Shown in pieces: positions 1 through 9,604 of a DNA stretch of 64,000 bases. The stretch spans positions 62,413 through 126,412 of the forward strand of contig CAJOEN010000001.1 in NCBI GenBank assembly GCA_905233475.1. Reading direction: 5' to 3'. The DNA is from an uncultured Bacteroidales bacterium. GTDB lineage: Bacteria; Bacteroidota; Bacteroidia; Bacteroidales; P3. A model generated the notes under the pieces. The model was not told where the DNA came from, ran no database searches, and saw nothing but the letters and a program-made list of their open reading frames with translations. Position numbers and translations under genes: made by a program. The first letter of the stretch is position 1, and every line of letters starts with the position of its first letter.

Positions 1-49
1 ATTCAACGTCCATTTAGATATTTATATTGGCAATTTTCAATAGCAATAT

Positions 50-292
50 TTTTTGTACGGGCAGCAACTGCCACAATACCTTCACACACAGCATCATCCA
101 TTGCAACATAAGCCAATTTTACTTTTCCATACATCTTTAGTATCACTATTGTTTGGTGATGCCCCTATTTATAATGTTTTAAGCTGTCGTTTGATACGCC
201 ACATTGGTTTGTTCTTCTTTGTTGCATGTTGTAAATGCAAAAATCCCTGTTATCAGCACAATAATAGCTAATGATATTTCTCTGATTTTCAT
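50..292 (-). pseudogene. possible decayed lipoprotein gene
   Basis: ATG at 292 gives MKIREISLAIIVLITGIFAFTTCNKEE (lipoprotein-like signal ending in Cys), stop at 179-181; only short open stretches follow in other frames; left boundary approximate. Confidence 0.3.
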
Positions 293-546
293 ATATTTAT
301 AAATTCAAATTAGTATTAGGTTTTTATGCAAAAAAAAACGTTTTTTCTCAATTTTATACTTTTTTTCATATTTTTTTACATAATAAATACCCAACTGCTT
401 ATCAATCAGTACTATATCATACAATAAAATTCACAGTAGTCGATACAATGAAAAATATTGCAGACGTATATATATGACAAACAGGCGGTATTCGCAAACA
501 ACAACATTTTTTTGAGAAAAATGCCACAAAATACAAAAAAATAATG

Positions 547-554
547 TACCTTTG
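547..554 (+). promoter_or_regulatory. Bacteroidota sigma-A -7 box (TACCTTTG)
   Basis: matches TAnnTTTG, about 155 nt upstream of the PLP lyase ATG. Confidence 0.6.
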
Positions 555-710
555 CAAACGCCGTACACAATGAGCGGATACAGTTGTCGTTTTCTGCAAA
601 ACGGGATACGGCAGCACATAAAGACATGAAAACGAGCACGACTTTTTGACATAGAAAAACACGTAACAACAAACGAAAAAAATAAAAACATTTAAATATC
701 AAAGAAATAT

Positions 711-1910
711 ATGAAAAATTTTGACCCAGCAACAAACATCCAACGCATCGACGGCAAAGACGCTTTTCGCGGCGTTAATCCCGCCATCAGCGACAGTGCC
801 ACATTCACTTTCGAAAAGGCACACCTAATGACCGACACTTTCCACGGCGAAACCGAGGGCTATTTCCTTTACAGCCGTCACTGGAACCCCAGCAACATGG
901 CTCTATGCAATGCTTTGGCGGCTATGGAAGGCACCGAAAGCGCATGGGTAACAGGCTCAGGCATGGCCGCCATCACCTGCGCCCTTATCCACGAGGTGAA
1001 ATCTGGCGACCATATATTGTCAAGCATGACTACCTACGGCGGAACTTTCGCTTTCCTCAACAACTACATCAAAAAATTTGGCGTTGAGGTTACTTTCGTT
1101 AATTTCCAAGATTTGGAAGCCGTTAAAAAAGCCATTCGCCCAAACACCAAAGTGCTGTACACCGAAACAATGAACAACCCTCTGTTGCGCATAGCCAACG
1201 TGCCTGAGCTGTCGAAGATAGCCCACGCCCACGGTGCTAAACTTATTGTGGACAACACTTTCACCCCCATGATTTTCTCGCCCTACCAACTTGGTGCCGA
1301 CGTGGTAGTTTACAGCATGACCAAATTCATAAACGGTAAAAACGACTGTGTGGCCGGAGCAATCTGCGGTTCTGCCGAATACATCAACTCTCTTATCGAC
1401 GTAAACAACGGCACCGCCATGCTTCTCGGTCCTGTTTTGGATCCAATGCGTTCGTCGAGCATACTCAAAAACCTTCACACTCTGCACATCCGCATGCAAA
1501 AACACAGCGAAAACGCCATGTATTTGGCAAAACGTTTCAAAGAGGTGGGCTTCAAATACAACTACCCTGGATTGCCCGAACATACCGACCATGAGCTGTT
1601 CAAGAGCATGATGAACGAAGGCTACGGTTTTGGCGGCATGATTTCCATAGACATGGGTACTGCCGATGCCGCAAGCCGTATCATGGAGATAATGCAGGAA
1701 AAAGGTGTCGGCTATCTGGCCGTAAGCCTCGGATATTTCAAAACGCTGTTCAGCAACTCCGGCAAGTCCACTTCGTCGGAAGTTCCCGAAGAAATCCAGC
1801 GCGAGATGGGCATGAGCGAAGGTCTGATACGTTTCTCCGTAGGTTTGGACAACGACATCGAAGCTACTTTCCAACTTATAAAAGAAGCTGTTGAGGAAAG
1901 CCGCAAATAA
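711..1910 (+). CDS. Cys/Met metabolism PLP-dependent lyase (methionine gamma-lyase / cystathionine lyase family)
   Basis: YSR..NP, SGMAAI, YGGT, VDNTF, SMTKFING (PLP lysine), GLIRFSVGL motifs. Confidence 0.9.
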   Translation: MKNFDPATNIQRIDGKDAFRGVNPAISDSATFTFEKAHLMTDTFHGETEGYFLYSRHWNPSNMALCNALAAMEGTESAWVTGSGMAAITCALIHEVKSGDHILSSMTTYGGTFAFLNNYIKKFGVEVTFVNFQDLEAVKKAIRPNTKVLYTETMNNPLLRIANVPELSKIAHAHGAKLIVDNTFTPMIFSPYQLGADVVVYSMTKFINGKNDCVAGAICGSAEYINSLIDVNNGTAMLLGPVLDPMRSSSILKNLHTLHIRMQKHSENAMYLAKRFKEVGFKYNYPGLPEHTDHELFKSMMNEGYGFGGMISIDMGTADAASRIMEIMQEKGVGYLAVSLGYFKTLFSNSGKSTSSEVPEEIQREMGMSEGLIRFSVGLDNDIEATFQLIKEAVEESRK

Positions 1911-1935
1911 GCAACACTAATTCAACAACCGACAC

Positions 1936-1972
1936 AAAGGGCAGACGTTTTCACACGCCTGTCCTTTTTTTT
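1936..1972 (+). terminator. intrinsic terminator
   Basis: imperfect GGGCAGACG/CGCCTGTCC hairpin followed by a T run. Confidence 0.65.
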
Positions 1973-2110
1973 CGAGAAAAAACGACATCCGGCCATGCCT
2001 TCACCCTATCCCGACACAAATTGAAACTCCAGCACTTCATTTTTTCGTATTTTTTTCGTAAATTTGCCCGATAAAGATTTTTTCACATAAAAAAACATAA
2101 CTTTCTGATA

Positions 2111-3406
2111 ATGAATAAAAGAGACACTCTATTCGGACTTATCGTAATAGGAATATTGTATTTTATCTTCGGTTTTGTGACGTGGCTCAACGGCACTCTG
2201 ATACCATTTTTGCAGACCGCCTGCCAGCTTAGCGAGGTGGCGGCATACCTAGTTACTTTTGCTTTCTACATCTCGTATTTCGTATGGGCGTTGCCCTCGT
2301 CGGTGATACTCAAACGCACGGGTTTCAAAAACGGCATCGCCATCGGTCTTTTTGTTATGGCAATAGGCGCGGCTCTGTTCATACCTGCTTCATATACAAG
2401 GTCGTACATACTGTTCCTTGTGGCGTTGTTCATCATGGGTTCCGGCCTTGCGCTGATGCAGACCGCCGTAAACCCCTACGTTACCATCCTCGGACCTATC
2501 GAGAGTGCAGCCAAACGCATGAGTATCATGGGTATCTGCAACAAGTTTGCGGGCATCCTCGCCCCTATCATCCTCGGCTCGATACTGCTTGTGGGCTTCG
2601 ACACACTTACCGCCGAAATCAACCAAGCCGCCAATCCCGCCGACAAGGAAGCCTTGCTCAACACCCTGTCCATCAGGCTTGTACGTCCTTACACGGTAAT
2701 GACTGTTATACTCACCCTCCTTGGCCTGCTCATCTGCTTTATGCACCTGCCAGAAGTGGAGGACAAAGGCACCGACACTGCGCAAGGCCACTCCAGCATC
2801 TGGCGTCAGGCCCGCCTGTGGTTCGGCGTGATAGCCCTGTTTTTCTACGTGGGCGTGGAGGTTATTGCCGGCGACACCATCATCAAATACGGCATGAGCC
2901 TCGGCATAGCTCAGGAGTCGGCCAAATATTTCACCAGTTTCACGCTGATAGCCATGGTGATAGGCTATTTTATGGGCGTGGTGCTGATACCGAAAGTCAT
3001 CAACCAGCGGCAGGCACTTATCGGCTGTGCGGTGGTGGGCATTGCCTTGGCCGCCTGTGCAGTGATAGTCCCCAAGGGGCTGTCGGTTAGTTTCCCCTTC
3101 ATCGACCTCGGCACTTTCAGCCGGATACAGATGCAGGTGCCTATCACGGTGCTGTTTGTAGCCCTGCTGGGCTTGGCCAACGCCTTGGTGTGGCCCGCAA
3201 TATGGCCGCTTGCCCTCGAGGGTGCGGGAGAGCATACCAAAACGGGCTCGGCACTGCTTATCATGGCAATAGCAGGCGGCGCCACTCTGCCACTGCTCTA
3301 CGGCAAAATGTCAGGCATTTTCGGCACACAGACGGCCTACCTCGTGGCAATTCCCTGCTACCTTGTAATTCTGGCCTTTGCCATTTACTGCCGCAAAAGA
3401 AAATAA
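2111..3406 (+). CDS. MFS sugar:H+ symporter, FucP/GluP (glucose/galactose/fucose) family
   Basis: about 12 TM segments; FFIFGFVTWLNG-like start, QTAVNPYV, FFYVGVEV, IMAIAGGA motifs. Confidence 0.9.
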   Translation: MNKRDTLFGLIVIGILYFIFGFVTWLNGTLIPFLQTACQLSEVAAYLVTFAFYISYFVWALPSSVILKRTGFKNGIAIGLFVMAIGAALFIPASYTRSYILFLVALFIMGSGLALMQTAVNPYVTILGPIESAAKRMSIMGICNKFAGILAPIILGSILLVGFDTLTAEINQAANPADKEALLNTLSIRLVRPYTVMTVILTLLGLLICFMHLPEVEDKGTDTAQGHSSIWRQARLWFGVIALFFYVGVEVIAGDTIIKYGMSLGIAQESAKYFTSFTLIAMVIGYFMGVVLIPKVINQRQALIGCAVVGIALAACAVIVPKGLSVSFPFIDLGTFSRIQMQVPITVLFVALLGLANALVWPAIWPLALEGAGEHTKTGSALLIMAIAGGATLPLLYGKMSGIFGTQTAYLVAIPCYLVILAFAIYCRKRK

Positions 3407-3435
3407 ATCCCTTAACACAAAAAAAATACGATTAA

Positions 3436-5658
3436 ATGCATTCGCTCCACATCGACCAATATCTGCAAATGGACACCACCGGATACCGTGTCCTTATCTC
3501 GGTGCTTGCCATCATAGTGTCCATCATAATCCTGAACAAGGTAAACAAAACCAAGCTCAACCATTTTATTAGCGACAAAGTAAAATTCCTCGCCGGCGGC
3601 ATTTTCCTCTCCGGCATTATTCTGTATATGATAGGATTTTGGGACGAGGGTTCCAAGGGCAACATCCTCACTTTGTTCTTCCGTGCCTCGCTGTCGTCGC
3701 TGGAGATGTTCGTGTCGCATTCCGACCTTATCGAAGTCCGTCACAGCATGCACGAAAACGCCTTGTACATGTTTGTCTTTGCCCTTGTGCACTTCCTTGC
3801 GGTGCTTTTGAGTGCCATCTTGATAATCCCGTTGATAGCCTACATCTGGCACTCGAAGAGTGTTTTGCGCAAGCTGCGCACCCCGCGTCTTTTCATTTTC
3901 TGGGGCGAAAGCACCAGTTCCTTCATGCTTGCCGAGGACATAATTCGGACACAGAAGGACAACAATTACAGGATTCTTTTCCTCGAGACGCCTTCGGACG
4001 GCAAAGGCTCCGATTCGTCGATACATTTCACACACCTTTTCAGCGGCTCGCTGGTGAAAAACGAGCGCATGGAGCGTATCGCCAACCTCCGCGCCCTGTT
4101 GCTCTCCAGCAAAGTAAGCCTGCTTAAACGCGACAACGAGCAGTCGCTCAAGGACATATTAAGTTACGCCGGACTTTCGTTTCTGTACAAATGTCTCGCC
4201 AAGGACACCATCAAAGACATCAAAATATTCTTTCTGTCGAGCGACCAGGAGATGAACCGCAAAAACGCTTCCGCCCTCATCTCCACCACGGAACCGAAAG
4301 ACAGCCCAATGCTGAAAAAGAAAGTCGAGGTGTACTGCCACTCGTTCTACAACGACCTCTGCGTGGTTTACAGCTACGGTTCGCTGTACATGCGCAGCCT
4401 CGGCAAAAACAACGTAAGCCTCAGCATCGTGGACTCCGCACGTCTGTCGATAGTGGAGCTGAAAAACAACCCCATACACCACCCGGTAAACTATGTAAAT
4501 CCCGATACCACCACAGCCACGGCACGCAAGCCCTTCACGGCACTGATAGTAGGTTTCGACGAGTCGGGCGAGGAGGCACTGAAATTCGTTTATGAATTCG
4601 GATGCTTTGTCGGCGCCGACGGAAAAAAGAACCCCCTGAAATGTTATGTACTCTGTGCCAATGCCGAGGGAACCAAAAACCGATACTATCTGGCACATCC
4701 CTCTTTCGCCAACAACCCTGAGGTGGAATTCATCTCCTTCTCGAAAAATTCCAAGGAGTTCCACGCATGGGAGAAAAACGTGCTTAACGACCTCAATTTC
4801 GTGTTTGTGAACACCGGCGACGATATGACTAACCTGGGCATGGCCACCGACATACTGCACCTTGCCCACCGCAACCGCACCACCGACCCGCATTATTTCA
4901 AGATTTTCATCCGTTCGTACGACATAAAATATTACAACGAGCTTTGCGACATGGCAACCTACTACAACAACACCAACCCGGAATGGGGCGAGAACGTGGT
5001 GGTGTTCGGCTGCAAAAAGGACTTGTTCACCTACAAGAGCGTGGTGAACCAGCAGGCCGTGATGGACTCCATCGCTTTCTACAACGTCTTTGCCAAGATG
5101 ACAGGCTGCGAGGACTGGATGACCCGCTACAAAAACCTGAGCCGCACCTACGCCCAGCATCAGGAGCTGGCCTACTCGCTCAACCAAGACATGTCCAACT
5201 ATTGGCACGCCCGCACCAAGGCACTGCTTGCCGGCGTAAACAACACCTCCGACAAGGAACGTTTCGAACAGCTTCTGCAATGCGTGGCCACACGTCCCGA
5301 CATGACGCACTACGCCGAAGAACTGGCACAATGCAAAACACCCGAGGAGCACAACGCCGTGGTTCGCAAATACTGCACCTACCAAGGCACCGACGAGCAA
5401 CGGCAGATACTGTTCAACCTCGCCAAAACCGAGCACATGCGCTGGTGCGCCATGATGGAGATAATGGGTTACACGCCCTACTACGAAGACATCCAGGACG
5501 GCGACGCCAGAATAAAAGACACCATCAAGAAAAAGCACTCCTGCATGGTGAGCATAGAAAAAATGCAGACAGTATCGTCGCTGAGCGAGACAATACCCTA
5601 CGACTACGCCGTGGTGGACATCTGTCTGCAAATGGCCGCCGGACTAATACACATGTAA
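3436..5658 (+). CDS. membrane protein with Rossmann/RCK-like middle and C-terminal RyR-like domain
   Basis: 3 N-terminal TM segments; IFWG and ALIVGF..SG Rossmann-like starts; LAKTEHMRWC..ME.MGY ...KKHSCMV C-terminus. Confidence 0.6.
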   Translation: MHSLHIDQYLQMDTTGYRVLISVLAIIVSIIILNKVNKTKLNHFISDKVKFLAGGIFLSGIILYMIGFWDEGSKGNILTLFFRASLSSLEMFVSHSDLIEVRHSMHENALYMFVFALVHFLAVLLSAILIIPLIAYIWHSKSVLRKLRTPRLFIFWGESTSSFMLAEDIIRTQKDNNYRILFLETPSDGKGSDSSIHFTHLFSGSLVKNERMERIANLRALLLSSKVSLLKRDNEQSLKDILSYAGLSFLYKCLAKDTIKDIKIFFLSSDQEMNRKNASALISTTEPKDSPMLKKKVEVYCHSFYNDLCVVYSYGSLYMRSLGKNNVSLSIVDSARLSIVELKNNPIHHPVNYVNPDTTTATARKPFTALIVGFDESGEEALKFVYEFGCFVGADGKKNPLKCYVLCANAEGTKNRYYLAHPSFANNPEVEFISFSKNSKEFHAWEKNVLNDLNFVFVNTGDDMTNLGMATDILHLAHRNRTTDPHYFKIFIRSYDIKYYNELCDMATYYNNTNPEWGENVVVFGCKKDLFTYKSVVNQQAVMDSIAFYNVFAKMTGCEDWMTRYKNLSRTYAQHQELAYSLNQDMSNYWHARTKALLAGVNNTSDKERFEQLLQCVATRPDMTHYAEELAQCKTPEEHNAVVRKYCTYQGTDEQRQILFNLAKTEHMRWCAMMEIMGYTPYYEDIQDGDARIKDTIKKKHSCMVSIEKMQTVSSLSETIPYDYAVVDICLQMAAGLIHM

Positions 5659-5674
5659 AAACACTTACGACAAT

Positions 5675-5712
5675 AAAAAACGGGAGGGTTGTAGCAACGC
5701 CTCCCGTTTTTT
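5675..5712. terminator. bidirectional intrinsic terminator
   Basis: AAAAAACGGGAGG...CCTCCCGTTTTTT between convergent genes. Confidence 0.85.
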
Positions 5713-5731
5713 ATTTTCTCTTGCCCTCTGC

Positions 5732-6142
5732 TTAAGCCTTGGCAGGTTCTTCGGCAGCAATTTCCTGTTGCTCTGCGGCCTCCTCAATCATGTCGTCGAT
5801 TTTGTCGTTCATGTTCACCATACGTTCCTTGTCGGGATTGCGGTAATACAATTCATTGTTAAGATACTCCTGAACGGCGATAAGAGTGGGCTTGGGCAGC
5901 TGCTCGTAGTAGCGCACCACCTCTATCTGCTCGCGGTTTTCGAAAATCTCGTCAATAGAGTCGGACGACGACACGAACTCCTCAATTTTTTTATTCAACT
6001 CACGTTTCATCTCCGACGAAATTTGGTCGGAACGCTTTGCCAACATAGCTACCGTTTCGTAGATATTGCCGGTTTTGTTGTCAAAATCACGCACGTCACG
6101 TGTAATCGTGGTACTTGTTGTCTTGTATTTTTTTATATCCAT
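5732..6142 (-). CDS. rpoZ: RNA polymerase omega subunit (Bacteroidota type)
   Basis: TGNIYE..KR..QI, FENREQIEV.RYYE.LPKPTLIA; directly follows bamD. Confidence 0.9.
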   Translation of the reverse strand: MDIKKYKTTSTTITRDVRDFDNKTGNIYETVAMLAKRSDQISSEMKRELNKKIEEFVSSSDSIDEIFENREQIEVVRYYEQLPKPTLIAVQEYLNNELYYRNPDKERMVNMNDKIDDMIEEAAEQQEIAAEEPAKA

Positions 6143-6155
6143 TGTAATAATATTT

Positions 6156-6959
6156 TTATTTCGATATTTTTGCTAAAATGTTCCTGCTTTTGTTGTAAAT
6201 ATCCTGAAGTTCGGACTTGTATTTCGGATTTGTAACTAATGCCGCGAAACGCTCAAAATCGGCTATCACCTGCCTCAAACGTTCCTCCACCTTGCTTTCC
6301 TGACTGTTTATGGCCAGCTCGTAGCCCGCTTTTATCATATAAAACATGGCATCCTCCTTGCTTGCCGATTCGGGATAGTTACTGATAAAGTTGCCAAACG
6401 ACACATAAGCCGCATGATACGCCTCAATCTTGTAGTATCCGTAAGCTATCTCGTAGTCCTTCTTCATGAGTTTTCCACGCATTTCGTCGAGATAGCCGTT
6501 TATTTCGGGAATATGGTTGCTCGATGGGTATTTTTCCAAATACAGTTCAAAATCGGACATAGCCTCCTTGGTCAGCGTTTGGTCGAGCGAATAGGCCGGC
6601 GACTCCAAATATTTGCAATATGCCGATCGGAACAGTGCCTCCTCAACATGTGTGCTGTATGGGAAAAGTCTTACAAAACTTTTGAACTGATAACCGGCAT
6701 TGGTGTAGTCTTTGGTTTTGAACAACGACTGTGCGTAGTACCACGACACGTTTTCGGCTTTGTCGCGACCGCGGTAATACATGGTAAGGTTTTCGAAAAA
6801 CTGAACGGCACGGTCGTAGTCGCCTTTTTCGTAACTTTCCATAGCAACTTTGTATTTGGCGTCAAAATCGCTTCCCTTAAGTATTTTCTCGTACTTGTTG
6901 CAACCAGCCAACAAACTAACTGCCAATAATATAACTGTATATATGCTACTTTTATTCAT
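6156..6959 (-). CDS. bamD: outer membrane protein assembly factor BamD
   Basis: lipobox LAGC, TPR-like helices, SP.YSLDQT.T motif, synteny with rpoZ; ATG at 6959 preferred over TTG at 6968. Confidence 0.9.
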   Translation of the reverse strand: MNKSSIYTVILLAVSLLAGCNKYEKILKGSDFDAKYKVAMESYEKGDYDRAVQFFENLTMYYRGRDKAENVSWYYAQSLFKTKDYTNAGYQFKSFVRLFPYSTHVEEALFRSAYCKYLESPAYSLDQTLTKEAMSDFELYLEKYPSSNHIPEINGYLDEMRGKLMKKDYEIAYGYYKIEAYHAAYVSFGNFISNYPESASKEDAMFYMIKAGYELAINSQESKVEERLRQVIADFERFAALVTNPKYKSELQDIYNKSRNILAKISK

Positions 6960-7299
6960 AACTTGCAAAGTTACAATTTTTTTTTGAATTTTTGTACCAA
7001 AAATGGAGTTTGTGTTACAATCAAAGCCAAAAAACTGTTTATTAGACTATTATGTCACAATATCCATAACAAGTTATCCTAACGTGATTTTTTGTATTTT
7101 AGTATATGGACAATAGTTTTTGTAAAAAGATATTTGCACCTATTGAAATATTGGAAAAATGCAAAAGATAATGAGATTTACTTTTACAGCAATCCATTTT
7201 TAGAGCTTACACATGCTCGCAATCTACAACAACAAAGCTTGCTCAACACATTTTTTTTACGTACCACAAAAAAACTGCCGTGATTTGAGAAAAAAAGCG

Positions 7300-7307
7300 T
7301 ATATTTG
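7300..7307 (+). promoter_or_regulatory. -7 promoter box (TATATTTG) for the PPIase operon
   Basis: TAnnTTTG match about 185 nt before ATG 7492. Confidence 0.55.
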
Positions 7308-7491
7308 CAGAGTTTTTCCGATATGTGAGCCGCTGTAGGACAATCGCCAGCAACACCACACACGGAAAAGGGGCATTTGTTGTTTTGTCCGCTGTATATC
7401 ATAAACATACGATACGGCAAGGATAAGACACAGTGCTTTTTAGAAAAAGTTTTTTAATGCTAAAGCGACATTATTTTTAAAGGAAAATAAA

Positions 7492-9600
7492 ATGAAAAAA
7501 CAACTTGTCATCGGACTTGCAATTGCTTTTGCCGCTGCAAAGACAGCCTCGGCACAGTCAAACGACCCTGTAGTTATGGAGTTTGCAGGCGAGAAAATAA
7601 CCAAATCGGAGTTTGTTAGAAGTTTCAAACAGGCCAACAACATCAACCCCGAAGCCGCTCCCACTGCCTGTACTTACGAAAAAAGCAAAGCCCTTGAGGA
7701 ATATGTGGAGCTTTACGCCAATTTCAGGCTCCGTCTCTACGACGCCTACGCCAAAAAGTACGACACTTCTGCCGCTCTGCGCAACGAGTACCGCACCTAC
7801 CGTCACGAAATGGCGTTGCCGTACCTCATTGATTCCGTGGAACTTGAAAATATGCTTCGACGCACCTACGAACGAAACCACTACGCCATACGAGCCTCTC
7901 ACATAATGATACGAGTGGAACAGAACGCCGCTCCAAAAGACACTCTGAAAGCATACAAAAAAGCTATGGAGATATATGAAAAAGCTATGAGCGAAGTAAA
8001 TTCTGCTTCCCAAAAGGGTATATCGGAAGATGAGGCTTTCGCCGCTCTCGCCACCCAACTATCCGAGGACGAGACTGCTCGTCCGTTTGTGGGCAACAAC
8101 GGCCAGAAATACGACGGCAACCGAGGCGATATAGGTTTTTTCACTGTATTTCAGATGGTTCCCGAATTCGAAAACGCAGCTTATTCCATGAAAATAGGCG
8201 AAATATCAAAGCCTGTGCGTTCCTCCTACGGATACCACATCATAAGAAAGACCGACAAAGTTAAAGCCTACGGCAATGTATCTTTCCAGCACATTTGGGT
8301 ACGCGAGAACGAGGATCAGAATCCCGAAATTGCCGAGAGCAAAATCAACGAAGCCTACAAAAAAATACAGAATGGTGAGGATTTCGGCACCGTAGTACGT
8401 AACTACTCTTCTTTCACAGTTCGCGACACCAAAGTGCCGGGACTTATGGAGATGCCTATCAACCAAATGCCTGCCGACTACCTGCACGAAATTCAAAACA
8501 TAAATACTGGGGAATACACCAAACCTTTCAAATCGCCCTATGGATGGCATATCGTAAAGGTTCTAAAAACCGATACCATCCCCCCCTACGAGGAAATGCA
8601 GGCAATGTACCGCAGCAAATTCACTGCCAGCCAGTATGGCAATGTACCGCAGGCCAAATTTATAGAAAAATGCAAGAAAGACTTCCGTTTTGCCGACAAT
8701 ACCCAGAAAAATCCGTCGCTACTCGGCCCTGTGCTCGCCGTACTCAACGACAGTGTTTTTCAGGCAAAATGGAAATACAACGGCTCCGCCGACAACACAC
8801 AAACCCTCTTTGAACTGAACAACAGAAAATATACTGCCCACGACTTTGCCTTGTTTATTGAAAAGACCCAACGCCGCGAATATCTTTACGACTTGTCTGT
8901 TTACATGAACAACCACTACAAATCTTTCATTAACCAACAAATTCTCGAAATTGCCGACAGTCTGCTCGAACTCAACAACATGGAATTTCGCAACCAAATG
9001 GGCGAATTCCGCGACGGATTAGTAATTTTTGCCTACAACGATGAAAATATCTGGAGCCGAGCAACTTCGGACACAGCAGGATTGGCCAGCTTTTACGAAA
9101 TCGACAGCAAACGCCACAGCCTCGACAATCCCGAAGATGCCATATATTTTTGGAACGAACGCGCCCGGGTAACGATAGTCTTCATTGCCGACTCGGCATG
9201 CATAAAACCTGCAAAAGCCCTGAAAATAGCCCAAAAAGTGGCTCTCAAAGAGAATGGAACTCCCGAACAAATTCGCGATGCCATCAAGGATAAAATAAGC
9301 CGCAAATGCACCGACGAACACCCCGTAGGCATAAGTTCCCGCCTAATGGAGAAAAACGACATATCGGCTCCAAAAGGCGACAAATGGAAAATTGGTGTTT
9401 ACGCAAATCCTTCGGTAAAAGGCTACAAGGTAATATGTGTTACCGAACTGCGCGACCCCGAACTGAAATCGTTGCGCTCGGCACGCGGATACTACATAAA
9501 CAACTACCAAAACGAACTAGAACGTCAACTGACAGAAAACCTGCGCAAAAAACACAATCTCGTTATCCATCAGGACGTTATCGACAGTATTACTTGGTAA
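7492..9600 (+). CDS. exported parvulin-type peptidyl-prolyl isomerase (two rotamase domains)
   Basis: signal peptide; ASHIM, GDIGFF..FQMVPEFENAAYSM, PVRSSYGYHII; second KSPYGWHIVK. Confidence 0.88.
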   Translation: MKKQLVIGLAIAFAAAKTASAQSNDPVVMEFAGEKITKSEFVRSFKQANNINPEAAPTACTYEKSKALEEYVELYANFRLRLYDAYAKKYDTSAALRNEYRTYRHEMALPYLIDSVELENMLRRTYERNHYAIRASHIMIRVEQNAAPKDTLKAYKKAMEIYEKAMSEVNSASQKGISEDEAFAALATQLSEDETARPFVGNNGQKYDGNRGDIGFFTVFQMVPEFENAAYSMKIGEISKPVRSSYGYHIIRKTDKVKAYGNVSFQHIWVRENEDQNPEIAESKINEAYKKIQNGEDFGTVVRNYSSFTVRDTKVPGLMEMPINQMPADYLHEIQNINTGEYTKPFKSPYGWHIVKVLKTDTIPPYEEMQAMYRSKFTASQYGNVPQAKFIEKCKKDFRFADNTQKNPSLLGPVLAVLNDSVFQAKWKYNGSADNTQTLFELNNRKYTAHDFALFIEKTQRREYLYDLSVYMNNHYKSFINQQILEIADSLLELNNMEFRNQMGEFRDGLVIFAYNDENIWSRATSDTAGLASFYEIDSKRHSLDNPEDAIYFWNERARVTIVFIADSACIKPAKALKIAQKVALKENGTPEQIRDAIKDKISRKCTDEHPVGISSRLMEKNDISAPKGDKWKIGVYANPSVKGYKVICVTELRDPELKSLRSARGYYINNYQNELERQLTENLRKKHNLVIHQDVIDSITW

Positions 9601-9604
9601 AAAT

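Noticed and set aside
4159..5631. long antisense ORFs (also 1020-1874, 15053-16198, 25208-26179 and similar)
   Set aside because: shadows of well-supported genes caused by codon bias; no recognisable motifs
7030..7120. oriC (DnaA-box-like words ATATCCATA, TTATCCTAA, TTGTCCATA)
   Set aside because: each has two mismatches to TTATCCACA in AT-rich DNA, and no origin-linked genes are in the window
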